Below the pieces are notes generated by a model. It did no database searches. It saw only the letters and a program-made list of their open reading frames with translations, and was not told the origin of the DNA. A stretch of DNA of 64,000 nucleotides from an uncultured candidatus Porisulfidus sp. (GTDB taxonomy: Bacteria > Pseudomonadota > Gammaproteobacteria > Poriferisulfidales > Poriferisulfidaceae). The stretch lies in contig OZ220480.1 of the NCBI GenBank assembly GCA_965116025.1, forward strand, positions 1,954,985 through 2,018,984, given 5' to 3'. Positions 19,584 through 30,300 of this stretch are shown piece by piece (position 1 is the first letter of the stretch; every line of letters begins with the position of its first letter). Position numbers and translations under genes: made by a program.

Positions 19584-22493
19584 ATGACCGCCACGCCCCC
19601 TGAACCCGGACCAGCCAAAACGCCCGCCCCCACCACGACCGACATCGCCACCGGCGCGCCGCGCCCCGACGAGCCCACCGAGGCCAGCCTTCGAGCCGCG
19701 GCTCCCGGAACCTACCGGGTGATTCGCCGCAACCGCCAACTGACGCCCTTCGACGAATCCAAGATCCAGGTCGCCATCACCAAGGCGTTCCTCGCCGTCG
19801 AAGGCGGCACGGGCGCCGCCTCCAGCCGCATCCATGAAGCGGTCGAGAAGCTGACTCGGCAGACCGTTCGCGCGCTGACGCGCAGCCACCCGGAAAACGG
19901 AACGTTTCACATCGAGGACATTCAGGACCATGTGGAGCTGGCCCTGATGCGCGGCGGCCACCACAAGGTCGCCCGGAAGTACGTCCTGTACCGGGAGGAG
20001 CGCGCCCGGGAGCGCGCCGAGATCGAGTCGAAAGAGCCGGGCGCCCGCCCGCCGGTGACATCCCTCCGGGTCAAGATGCCCGACGGCTCCCTGCGCCCGC
20101 TGGACGTGAAGCGCCTGCGCGCCCTCGCCGAGGAGGCCTGCCAAGGCGTCGAGGATGTCGAGCCCGGCCCCGTGGTCGAGGAGGCCTGCCGCAATCTGTA
20201 CGACGGCGTTCCCGAATCCGAGGTCGACCGCCAGCTGACGATCAGCACCCGCAGCCTGATCGAGAAGGAGCCCAACTACACGTTCGTCGCGGCGCGCCTG
20301 TTGCTGCGCGACCTGCGCCAAGAGGCGACGGAGTTCGTCTACGACGCGCCCATGCGAACGCGGGATACGGACGCGGGGATCACGGTCGACTACGCCGACT
20401 ACTTTCCCCGCTACCTCCGCCGCGGCGTCGCGCTCGAGCTGCTCAGCCCGCATCTGGCCCAAGAGTACGATCTGGAGCGACTGGCGACCGCCATCGAGCC
20501 GGAGCGCGACTTGCGATTCACCTATCTTGGCCTGCAGACGCTGTATGACCGCTACTTCATACATTCGGACCACACCCGTTTCGAGATGCCTCAGGCCTTT
20601 TTTATGCGCGTCGCCATGGGCCTGGCCGGACCCGAGGTTGACCGCGAGGACCGAGCCATCGAGTTCTACCACCTGCTGTCGACCTTCGATTTCATGAGCT
20701 CGACCCCCACTCTGTTCAACTCGGGAACCCTACGCCCGCAGCTGTCCTCCTGCTACCTGACCACCGTGCCGGACGACCTGGACGGCATCTTCAGCTCCAT
20801 CAAGGACGACGCCATGCTGTCGAAGTTCGCCGGCGGGCTCGGCAACGACTGGACGCGGATCCGCGCCATGGGCTCGCACATCAAGGGCACCAACGGACGC
20901 TCCCAAGGCGTGGTGCCGTTCCTGAAGGTCGCCAACGACACGGCCGTCGCCGTCAATCAAGGCGGCAAGCGCAAGGGCGCCATGTGCGCCTACCTCGAGA
21001 CCTGGCACCTGGACATCGAGGAGTTTCTGGAGTTGCGCAAGAACACCGGCGACGACCGGCGGCGCACGCACGACATGAACACCGCCAACTGGGTCCCGGA
21101 CCTGTTCATGAAGCGCGTCGCCGAGAACGCCGAGTGGACCCTGTTCAGCCCAAGCGACGTCCCTGACCTGCACGATCTGGTCGGCGAGGACTTCGAGACC
21201 CGGTACGCCGAGTACGAGGAGATGGCGGCGAGCGGGCGGATCCCGCGCTTCAAGAAAGTCCGAGCCAAGGATCTGTGGCGAAAGATGCTCGGCATGTTGT
21301 ACGAGACCGGCCACCCCTGGATCACCTTCAAGGACGTCTGCAACCTTCGCTCCCCCCAGCGGCATCAAGGCGTGGTCCACTCGTCCAACCTGTGCACCGA
21401 GATCACGCTCAACACGTCCGACGACGAGATCGCGGTGTGCAACCTCGGCTCCATCAACCTCGCCTCCCATACCGACGAGAACGGGCTGATGATGGAGAAG
21501 CTCGAGCGCACCGTGCGCGTCGCCATGCGCATGCTCGACAACGTCATCGACTACAACTACTACAGCGTGGCCAAGGCGCGCCGCTCCAACCTGCGCCACC
21601 GCCCAGTCGGCCTCGGCCTGATGGGCTTCCAGGACGCGCTGTACCGGCTGCGCCTCCCCTACGCCAGCGACGAGGCGGTCGAGTTCGCCGACCGATCCAT
21701 GGAGGCGATCAGCTACTTCGCCATCTCCGCGTCCATCGATCTGGCCCGAGAGCGGGGGGCCTATCCCAGTTTCCAGGGATCGCTGTGGTCCCAAGGAATC
21801 CTGCCCATCGACTCGATCCGGAACGTGCGTCAGGCGCGCGGCGACGATCGGTTCTGCCAAATCAACGCCGACTCCACGCTGGACTGGGACCGCCTGCGCG
21901 AGAAGGCGCGCGGCGGGATCCGGAACTCCAACACGATGGCCATCGCGCCGACCGCCACCATCTCCAACATCGCCGGCGTGACGCAAAGCATCGAGCCCAT
22001 CTACCAAAACCTGTTCGTCAAGTCCAACCTGTCCGGCGAATTCACGGTCGTCAACCTGCATCTGGTGCGCGACCTCAAGAAGCTAGGACTGTGGGACGAC
22101 GTGATGATCAACGACCTCAAGCATTACAACGGAGGCATCCAGAACATCGCCCGCATCCCGGACGAGATCAAGCGCCTGTACACCACGGCCTTCGAGCTGG
22201 ATCCGAGATGGCTGGTGGAGGCCGCCGCGCGCCGGCAAAAATGGATCGACCAAGCGCAGTCGCTGAACCTCTACATGGCCACGCCGTCGGGGCGCGACCT
22301 CGACAACCTGTACAAGCTCGCCTGGGTGCGCGGCCTGAAAACCACCTACTACCTGCGCTCGCTCGGCGCCACCCACGTCGAGAAGAGCACCGGCGACGCC
22401 CGCGGACAACTCAACGCGGTCGCCGCGAACGGCTCCTCCCCCGGCGCGCCCTCGTTCTGCTCCATGGACGAGGACTGCGAGGCCTGCCAGTGA
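19584..22493 (+). CDS. nrdA: Ribonucleoside-diphosphate reductase alpha subunit (class I, two ATP-cones)
   Basis: Two ATP-cone segments (VIRRNRQ..FDESKI, VKMPDGS..PLD), TPTLFN, SSCY, SNLCTEI, VCNLGS, APTATIS, KTTYYLR and C-terminal CEACQ. Confidence 0.98.
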   Translation: MTATPPEPGPAKTPAPTTTDIATGAPRPDEPTEASLRAAAPGTYRVIRRNRQLTPFDESKIQVAITKAFLAVEGGTGAASSRIHEAVEKLTRQTVRALTRSHPENGTFHIEDIQDHVELALMRGGHHKVARKYVLYREERARERAEIESKEPGARPPVTSLRVKMPDGSLRPLDVKRLRALAEEACQGVEDVEPGPVVEEACRNLYDGVPESEVDRQLTISTRSLIEKEPNYTFVAARLLLRDLRQEATEFVYDAPMRTRDTDAGITVDYADYFPRYLRRGVALELLSPHLAQEYDLERLATAIEPERDLRFTYLGLQTLYDRYFIHSDHTRFEMPQAFFMRVAMGLAGPEVDREDRAIEFYHLLSTFDFMSSTPTLFNSGTLRPQLSSCYLTTVPDDLDGIFSSIKDDAMLSKFAGGLGNDWTRIRAMGSHIKGTNGRSQGVVPFLKVANDTAVAVNQGGKRKGAMCAYLETWHLDIEEFLELRKNTGDDRRRTHDMNTANWVPDLFMKRVAENAEWTLFSPSDVPDLHDLVGEDFETRYAEYEEMAASGRIPRFKKVRAKDLWRKMLGMLYETGHPWITFKDVCNLRSPQRHQGVVHSSNLCTEITLNTSDDEIAVCNLGSINLASHTDENGLMMEKLERTVRVAMRMLDNVIDYNYYSVAKARRSNLRHRPVGLGLMGFQDALYRLRLPYASDEAVEFADRSMEAISYFAISASIDLARERGAYPSFQGSLWSQGILPIDSIRNVRQARGDDRFCQINADSTLDWDRLREKARGGIRNSNTMAIAPTATISNIAGVTQSIEPIYQNLFVKSNLSGEFTVVNLHLVRDLKKLGLWDDVMINDLKHYNGGIQNIARIPDEIKRLYTTAFELDPRWLVEAAARRQKWIDQAQSLNLYMATPSGRDLDNLYKLAWVRGLKTTYYLRSLGATHVEKSTGDARGQLNAVAANGSSPGAPSFCSMDEDCEACQ

Positions 22494-22529
22494 GCCTCCC
22501 GATCACAATCGCACCATAGGAGAACCTCC

Positions 22530-23714
22530 ATGACCGCCACCACGAACTCCTGGAACGACCCACTGTCTCCGTCGGACTCCCCGCCTCCCGCGCGCCCCTT
22601 AGACCCGGAAGCCGGCTTGCCGCCCCCTCCGAGCGCCGACCGCGAAGATGCCTCCGGGGCCGGGGCCACCGGCCTGGAAGCCCTGGAGATGGGAGCGGCC
22701 CGCATCCAGGTCGACGACAAGCGGATCATCAACTGCCGCGCCGACCTGAACCAGCTGGTTCCCTTCAAGTACGCTTGGGCCTGGGAGAAATACCTGGCCG
22801 CCTGCAACAACCACTGGATGCCGCAGGAAATCAACATGAGCGCGGATATCGAGCTGTGGAAGAGCCCGGACGGCCTGACCGAGGACGAGCGCGTGATCGT
22901 CCAGCGCAACCTCGGGTTCTTCTCCACCGCCGACTCGCTAGTGGCGAACAATCTGGTGCTGGCCGTGTATCGGCACATCACCAACCCGGAATGCCGGCAG
23001 TACCTGCTCCGCCAAGCCTTCGAGGAGGCCATCCACACGCACGCCTACCAATACTGCGTGGAATCGCTGGGACTGGACCAGGGCGAGGTCTTCAACATGT
23101 ACCGCGAGCTTCCGTCCGTGGCCCGAAAGGCGGAATGGGCGCTGCCCTTCACCCAGAGCCTGGGAGACCCCCTCTTCCAGACCGGAACACACGAGAACGA
23201 TCAGCGCCTGCTGCGCGACCTGATCGCGTTCTACGTCGTGTTCGAGGGAATCTTCTTCTACGTCGGCTTCTCGCAGATCCTGTCTATGGGCCGACGCAAC
23301 AAGCTGACCGGCGTCGCCGAGCAGTTCCAGTACATCCTGCGCGACGAATCCATGCACATGAATTTCGGGATCGACGTCATCAACCAGATCAAGATCGAGA
23401 ACCCGAAGCTGTGGTCCGGAGCGTTCCAGCAGCGCATGATCGATCTGGTACTGGAAGGCGTGGATCTGGAGGTCGCCTACGCCTACGACACCATGCCGCG
23501 CGGCATTCTCGGGATGAACGCCCCCGTGTTCGAGGAGTACGTCAAGTTCATCGCCAACCGCAGACTGGCCCAGATCGGCCTGCCCGACCAGTTCCCCGGA
23601 GCGAAAAACCCGTTTCCATGGATGTCCGAGGCCTTGGATCTGAATAAGGAGAAGAACTTCTTCGAGACCCGGGTGACGGAATACCAGACCGGAGGCGCGC
23701 TGAACTGGGACTAG
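22530..23714 (+). CDS. nrdB: Ribonucleoside-diphosphate reductase beta subunit (tyrosyl-radical type)
   Basis: [35 protein letters not shown] and [11 protein letters not shown] motifs. Confidence 0.97.
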   Translation: MTATTNSWNDPLSPSDSPPPARPLDPEAGLPPPPSADREDASGAGATGLEALEMGAARIQVDDKRIINCRADLNQLVPFKYAWAWEKYLAACNNHWMPQEINMSADIELWKSPDGLTEDERVIVQRNLGFFSTADSLVANNLVLAVYRHITNPECRQYLLRQAFEEAIHTHAYQYCVESLGLDQGEVFNMYRELPSVARKAEWALPFTQSLGDPLFQTGTHENDQRLLRDLIAFYVVFEGIFFYVGFSQILSMGRRNKLTGVAEQFQYILRDESMHMNFGIDVINQIKIENPKLWSGAFQQRMIDLVLEGVDLEVAYAYDTMPRGILGMNAPVFEEYVKFIANRRLAQIGLPDQFPGAKNPFPWMSEALDLNKEKNFFETRVTEYQTGGALNWD

Positions 23715-23770
23715 ATCTCAGTCACGCACCGCTCTGACGCGCGCGTCGCCGGCGCGCCAAACCTCGGTCC

Positions 23771-25456
23771 ATGTTCGACCCGCCTACCTGGCGCGACGCC
23801 CAGCCCCTCACCCTCCGCAACCGGGTCGGCCTTTGGCTCGGGCCGCTGGCGTTCGTCCTGATCCTCGCGTTCGCGGACATCGATCCCGGAAACCCGACGG
23901 TCACTCGCATGGTGGCCATCACCGCGTGGATGGCCATCTGGTGGATCAGCGAAGCCATCCCGATCGCCGCCACCGCCTTGATGCCGCTGGCTCTGTTCCC
24001 GACCATGGGCGTCATGCATGGCCGCCATGTCGAGGTCTCCGGGAAAATCGACTTCGGGAGCGCCGCGCTCGGCGACGGACTGACCCCGGGGGATCTGAGC
24101 GTCAGCCTCCACAGCGTGGCCGGGCAGTACATGGGCTGGGTCACGTTTCTCCTGCTGGGAGGATTCCTGGTCGCCATCGCGGTGCAGAAATGGAATCTGC
24201 ACCGGCGCGTCGCGCTGGGCATTCTTCGGATCATGGGAAACCGACCCGACGCCCTCGTGCTCGGCTTCATGCTGTCGGCCGCCTTCCTCTCGATGTGGCT
24301 ATCCAATACCGCCACCACCATGATGCTGCTCCCGATCGCGCTGTCCGTCTCCCTGCTCCGCGAGGAGTTTCGCGCAACCCAGCCCAGCGCCGGGGCTTCC
24401 GCGCATCCGCGCGAGAGAAATTTCTCCCTCGCCCTGCTGCTGGGACTCGCGTATTCGGCCTCTATCGGCGGCATGGCCACGCTGACCGGAACGCCGCCCA
24501 ACGCCATTCTGGTCGCTCAGTTCGGGCTGCTGTACCCCGAAGCGCCACCCATCTCGTTCGCCTCCTGGTCGATGATGGCCATGCCTTTCTCGCTGCTGTT
24601 CCTGGGATGCGCCTGGTTGCTCCTGACCCGCGTGGTCTTTCCACTACCGCCATCGGACCAGTTCGGCGAACGCGACTCGATCCGCCGCCAATACCAAGAT
24701 CTCGAGCCCATGAGCCCCGAGGAGAAAAAGGTTCTGGCGGTATTCGTCACCTTGGTCGTCCTGTGGTTCACTCGCAAAAAATTCCTGTTCGGTGGTGACT
24801 CGTCGGGAGGATGGAGCCATTATCTCGACGCGTTTCTAGCCCGGCTGGACATCTCCGCGATCGGCCCGATGCTCGACGATGGCACGGTTGCCATCGCCAT
24901 GGCGCTTCTTCTGTTCGCGCTCCCCGCCCGCTCCGCGCGAGGCCGGCTTCTGGACGCGGACGACCTGGCCAAAGTTCCTTGGGGCGTGCTGATTCTCTTC
25001 GGCGGCGGACTGGCTTTGGCCAAGGGCTTCGACGTGTCCGGGCTCTCCGCCTGGGTGGCCCAGGAATTCGAGACGCTTCTGCGCGACAGCAACCCGCTCG
25101 TCGTGGTGGCGAGCACGGCCGGCTTCATCACTGGTCTGACCGAGCTGACCTCCAACACGGCCACCACCGCCACGGCCATTCCCATCATGGCGAGCCTAGC
25201 GCAAGGCATTGGCGCGCACCCTCTGCTATTGCTGATCCCAACGGCCTTGGCCGCTTCCTGCGCCTTCATGCTGCCAATCTCCACTCCGCCCAACGCCATC
25301 GTCTACGGATCGCGGAGAATTCCGATCATGAAGATGGTCGCCGCGGGGATCTGGCTTGACATCCTTTCGGTCATCATCCTGACCGCGCTGGTCTTCAGTC
25401 TCGGCGATTGGGTCTTCGGATTGCTGGGCGAAGTTCCGAGCTGGTCCTCGCGGTGA
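23771..25456 (+). CDS. SLC13/DASS family sodium:dicarboxylate or sulfate symporter
   Basis: WWISEAIP, SMWLSNTAT, GTPPN, TELTSNTAT and FMLPISTPPNAIV motifs; many TM segments. Confidence 0.93.
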   Translation: MFDPPTWRDAQPLTLRNRVGLWLGPLAFVLILAFADIDPGNPTVTRMVAITAWMAIWWISEAIPIAATALMPLALFPTMGVMHGRHVEVSGKIDFGSAALGDGLTPGDLSVSLHSVAGQYMGWVTFLLLGGFLVAIAVQKWNLHRRVALGILRIMGNRPDALVLGFMLSAAFLSMWLSNTATTMMLLPIALSVSLLREEFRATQPSAGASAHPRERNFSLALLLGLAYSASIGGMATLTGTPPNAILVAQFGLLYPEAPPISFASWSMMAMPFSLLFLGCAWLLLTRVVFPLPPSDQFGERDSIRRQYQDLEPMSPEEKKVLAVFVTLVVLWFTRKKFLFGGDSSGGWSHYLDAFLARLDISAIGPMLDDGTVAIAMALLLFALPARSARGRLLDADDLAKVPWGVLILFGGGLALAKGFDVSGLSAWVAQEFETLLRDSNPLVVVASTAGFITGLTELTSNTATTATAIPIMASLAQGIGAHPLLLLIPTALAASCAFMLPISTPPNAIVYGSRRIPIMKMVAAGIWLDILSVIILTALVFSLGDWVFGLLGEVPSWSSR

Positions 25457-25543
25457 ATCACCGAACCCGTTCCCTTCGCGCCTCGGAACCGTCGCGTGCG
25501 AAGTCGTTTTGCTGATTCGGCGATTCCGCGTATAGTGCCGCCC

Positions 25544-26236
25544 ATGCCCGCTTTGGCCAACCGAATCGCGATCGTCACCGGGGCCGCTGGCGCGCTAGGT
25601 CAGGCCACGGCTCGACGTTTTCAAGAACGTGGCGCGACCGTCGTGGCCGTGGACCGCGAAGCCCAACTACTGAAAGCAATAACGGCCGCCACGTCCCTCG
25701 TCTGCGACCTGACCGACGAGGAATCCACGCACGCGACCTTCGAACGGATCCACCAAGCCTACGGGCGCGTTGATATTCTCGCGAACGTCGCCGGAGGTTT
25801 CGCCATGGGTCCGCGAGTCGAGGAAACATCTCTCGAAGACTGGACGAGCATGCTTCGGACCAACGCCCTTACCGCCTGGCTGGCATGCAGGCACGCCTTG
25901 CCCATCATGCGGGCGGCGGATTTCGGGCGGATCGTCAACGTAGGCGCCCGCGCCGCGAGAAGGCCAGGTGCGCGAATGGCGCCCTACTGCGTCTCGAAAG
26001 CGGCGGTGATCACTCTGACCGAGGTTTTGGCCGCCGAATGCGCCGAGACCGGCATCACGGCCAACTGCGTCCTCCCCGGCACCATCGACACCCCCCGCAA
26101 CCGAGCCGATATGCCGGACGCCGACCACTCGAAATGGGTGCCTCCCGAGGATATCGCCGCCGCTATCGTCCACTTGGCCGATCCATCCAGCCGCTCCATC
26201 AACGGCGCTATCGTTCCGGTCTACGGGCGTAGTTGA
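25544..26236 (+). CDS. Short-chain dehydrogenase/reductase
   Basis: TGAAGALG, NVAGG, YCVSK (YxxxK) and PGTIDTP.NR motifs. Confidence 0.92.
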   Translation: MPALANRIAIVTGAAGALGQATARRFQERGATVVAVDREAQLLKAITAATSLVCDLTDEESTHATFERIHQAYGRVDILANVAGGFAMGPRVEETSLEDWTSMLRTNALTAWLACRHALPIMRAADFGRIVNVGARAARRPGARMAPYCVSKAAVITLTEVLAAECAETGITANCVLPGTIDTPRNRADMPDADHSKWVPPEDIAAAIVHLADPSSRSINGAIVPVYGRS

Positions 26237-26295
26237 CGAAAGCGAGCCCCGAGACTCCTCAAGGAGAGCGCCATCCTCCACGGCGGAACGGATGG

Positions 26296-27222
26296 CTATC
26301 GAATCAGAATTCGCTTGACCGCGTACCCGCCGTAAAATTCCTGTCCAAGCAACGACAACACGCCATTCTTCCCATACAGATGCAAAGCTCCGATGGCGAT
26401 GAACGAATTCCCCCTTTGGAGCGGCCCCTGCATGTAATGCGCCATCACGACGCTTCGAATGTCGATCGCATGCTTCAGATATGCCTCGCGGTGCTTCCGC
26501 TTGCTCGGATCCTTGTCGATAAAATCTGTCGAGAGATCCATCATGGCCTGCAAATCCTCTCGCCCATAAGCTTGCACGATCTCCTCCATGGTGTCGCGCA
26601 TCTCTGGAAACGCGCGCAGCTTGTCCTTCAGCAAAGAGACTTGCGAGTCCATCGGCATCGCGTAGAACGCGGCCAGCAGTTCTTCCGGGCTTTCGATCTG
26701 ATACAACTCCTTGTTCTGCAACACCGCGAGGTCCAGAAGCTTTTGGTCCACGATCGGCCCATGGTGCTCCGACTTGATCGCGATGCTATGGATCGCGGCC
26801 CATGGCTTGACGCGACGGGCGAATTCCTCATCCACGTAGTTTCGCCGGAGGATCTCGTATACTTCCCGCGCCAACTCCTTGCCCGCGACCTCAGCGAGCG
26901 TCTGCTCGTCCGGCAGCATCATGCGCCCGCGAATATTCTGAAGCCCATGGTAGGGATTCCATAATTCGCTCCCTGGAAACGCCTCAATCGCGTAGCCCGA
27001 AGACTTAGCAAACACGTCCATAACCCGTTTCGGGACTCTCGTGACGCGCTCATCATTGCTGTGGATCGTGCCGAGAATGTGCCCGGCCACCCTGCCATCC
27101 TTGCTCACCTGCCAAAAAACGCCTTCCGAATATGGCGCCGGCCTCTGAGTCACATAGGCCGATCCTGACAGCAAAACAAGCAACAGCGCGAACAGCGCGG
27201 CCGGAGTGAAACGGTCGGACAT
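26296..27222 (-). CDS. TraB/GumN family protein (exported)
   Basis: Signal peptide, FWQV, ILGTIH, VDQKL...A, IES..E and FIAIGALHLYGKNGVLSLL motifs. Confidence 0.87.
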   Translation of the reverse strand: MSDRFTPAALFALLLVLLSGSAYVTQRPAPYSEGVFWQVSKDGRVAGHILGTIHSNDERVTRVPKRVMDVFAKSSGYAIEAFPGSELWNPYHGLQNIRGRMMLPDEQTLAEVAGKELAREVYEILRRNYVDEEFARRVKPWAAIHSIAIKSEHHGPIVDQKLLDLAVLQNKELYQIESPEELLAAFYAMPMDSQVSLLKDKLRAFPEMRDTMEEIVQAYGREDLQAMMDLSTDFIDKDPSKRKHREAYLKHAIDIRSVVMAHYMQGPLQRGNSFIAIGALHLYGKNGVLSLLGQEFYGGYAVKRILIR

Positions 27223-27373
27223 CTTGCTTAAGGCGCGAGAGGAAATTTCCACGAAAGTCTATCACAGAGACTTCGCCTCTCTCCACTCAAGTTTCGCGCT
27301 CGCTCGAACTCGGAAGCGACTCCCTCGCTCCATAGCGAGTTATCTCTCACGCGCTATTTCTATCCGCGCGCGC

Positions 27374-30300
27374 TCACCACTGGAGGGAGGCGCGCAAGGC
27401 GATCCGGCTCTCGTCGCCGGTCTCCGCCTCCAGCGCCAGCGCCAGCGTCTCGCCACGGCGGTAGCGCGTCCCCAGCCGCAGCAGCGCCAACCCGGACTCC
27501 TCCACCGACAGCCCCGCGTACGGCGTCGCCAGCCCCGCCCACGGCCCCGACAGCCCCTGACCCACCTCCGCCTCCAGCCGCGTCCGAGCCTCCGCCTCCC
27601 CCAGCCTCGCCGACGACCCCTCCCGCGCGAACAGCCGCGCCAGCCCGCTCCCCGCGTCGCCCCGACCCAGCGACAGCCGCAGCGACGGACCCCGACCGCT
27701 CGCCTCCGGCGTCACCGACATCCGCGCGCTCGCGCTCCACTCGTCGCGATCCGCCTCGTGCGCCACCAGCGCCCGCGTCCGAAGCTCCACCGACATCCGA
27801 CCCGTCCCGTCCAAGTACGACACGCTCGCCCCCAGCTCCGCCCCGGCCCCGTCCGTCGCGTCGCCCCCGTCGTAGCGCGCCCCCGCCTCCAGCGCCGGCG
27901 TCAGCCTGCCCCCGTCCTCCAAGACCCGCTCCCGCGACCCCTCCAGCGCCAGCCGCACCCGGCTCGCGTCCACCGACAGCCCCTCCAGCCCGTCCTCCGC
28001 GTCCGTCCGCGCCCGCGCCAGCGAGCCCTCCCCCCGCAGCGCCAATCGCAGAACGTCTCCTCCCGCGCCCGAGCGCTCCGACAGCGTCCGCCAGCCCCCC
28101 GCCGACGCGCTCCGCGTCCGCAAGTCCGCCTCCCGCGTCGCCTGACCATCCTCCCGCACCCGAACCTTCCCGCGCCCGTAGCTCGCGCTCGCCCACAAGC
28201 TCGACCCGTCCTCCAAAAGCCACGCCATATACGGGCGCACCGACGCCAGCCGCGTCTCGTGCCGCCCCCGAACCCCGTCCGCCTCCGTGTCCAGATCGCC
28301 CTCCGCGTAGGACGCCGCCACCCCCGCCAGAACGTCCGGGCGCGCCCGGAAGTCCACCCCGGCGTGCGCCGACCACACCTCCCCGTCCCAGGACACCCCG
28401 TCCTCCGACCCGTCCAGCGACGACAGCGCCCCGCGAACCCAGACCGACGCCACCCGGCTCCCGTCCGCCCCGGTCAATCCCGTCGCCAGCGCCGTCCCGG
28501 ACAACGCCGCCCGCCAGTCCAGCCCGGCCCCGTCCGCGCCCGCCCCCGACGCCAGCGCCGCGCCCAGGTCCAGCGCCTCCGGCTCCACCCCCGACGCCGC
28601 GAGCTCGATCCGCCGCGCGATCACCCCGGTCGCCTGCGCCACCGCCGCCGCCAGCGCCTGCGGCAGCGCCGCCGCGTTCACCCGGCTCGCCCGCGCCGCC
28701 GCCCCCAGCCGGTCGCTCACTATCCCGTCCGCCAGAGCGTCCGCCCCCACCGCGTAGCCCGTCCCCGACAGCAGCTCGACCCGGTACGCCTCCTCCCCCT
28801 CCGACCCCTGATCCCCTGCCGTCGGGATCAGCACGATCCCCGCCATCCCCGCCTCCGCCCCGAAGTCCGCCTGGAAGTCCCGCGGGCCCAGCCCGCCCTC
28901 GACGTCCTCCGCGTCGAAGCCGCTCTCCTCCCGCGCCGACAGCCTCAGGCGAACCGTCAGCATGCCCGTCACCGCCTTGTCCGACGCCACCGTCAGCCGG
29001 ATCGCCTCCCCCTCCGCCGTCACCGACGGGTCTGCCGATAATTGCAGGATCGGCGTCGTCTCCGACACCGACACCGACACGTCCGACAGCGTCGCGTCGT
29101 CGTAGCCCCCGCCCGCGGTCGCGTGCGTCAGCGTCACCGCCACCTCCGCTTCCGCGTCCTCATCCGCCGCCGCCGACACCGTCACCGTCACCGGAACGTT
29201 CCAAGTCGCCGTCGTGAACGTCAGGCTCGATGGCGCCGCCGACACGTCCCCCGACGCCCCGCCCACCGTCACCGTCACGCTCGCCGACGGCTTCGTGTGC
29301 AGAACCACCGTGTACGAGCCGCTCCCGCCCTCCACGACCGTCAGCTCCGTCGGCGCCACCGTCCCCCCCGGATCGTCCTCCTTCACCGACACCTCCACCG
29401 TCCCGACCGACACCGAGCCGTAGCCCCTGCTCGTCGCCACATGCGTCAGCCGCGTCGGCGGGTCCGTCATCGTGTCGTCGTCCTCCTCCACCGCCGTCAC
29501 CGTCACCGTCTGGGCTGTCGACCAGTCCGCCGTCGTGAACGTCAGACGCGACGGCGTCGCCGTCACCTCCGCCGTCGTCCCGCCCACCGACACCGTCACC
29601 GCCGCCAACGGCTTCGAGCTCAGAACCACCGTGTACGAGCCGCTATCCCCCTCCTCCAGCTCCAGCTCCATCGGCTTGAGGGTCACTCCCGGCAGCGGCA
29701 TCGGCGTCGCCTTCACCTGGTCCGACCACGACGACTGCACCCCGGGACGGACCGCGGCGAACAGGCGAAACGTGTATTTCGTGCCGTTCGTCAAACCCGT
29801 CACCTTGACGCTCGTCCGGCTCCCGCCCGTGAGCGTCGTGGTCGTGCTCCAGCCGCCCGAACTCTTGTACTGGTAACCCCAGCTCGTTATCGGAATGCCC
29901 GACAAGGCGTTCCAGCTCAGGGTGGCCGAGGCGTCGCTCCCCGCCGCCGTCAGAACCGGCTTGGGAACAGTATTCGTCGGCGTCGCCTTCACCTGGTCCG
30001 ACCACACCGACTGCGCGCCGCTGCCGGTGCGGGCGAACAGGCGGAACGTGTATTTCGTGCCGACCGTCAGACCCGACACCGTGTGGCTCGTCGCGCTGCC
30101 GTCATCAATCGTCTTGGTCCCGCTCCAGGAGCCGCCATCCGGCTTGTACTGGTAGCCCCAGCTCGCGACCGTCACGCCCGACAAGGCGCTCCAGCTCAGG
30201 GTGACCGAGGCGTAACCCGCTTCGGCGCTCAGCTCCGGCTTGGGAACCGCCGCCGACGCCGACGGCGTCGCCTCCACCACCGCCGACTGCCGCCCGTTGC

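Noticed and set aside
22530-23714. Possible class Ic (Mn/Fe) ribonucleotide reductase
   Set aside because: The radical Tyr (IHTHAY) and the Asp ligand (TADS) are present, consistent with a tyrosyl-radical enzyme.
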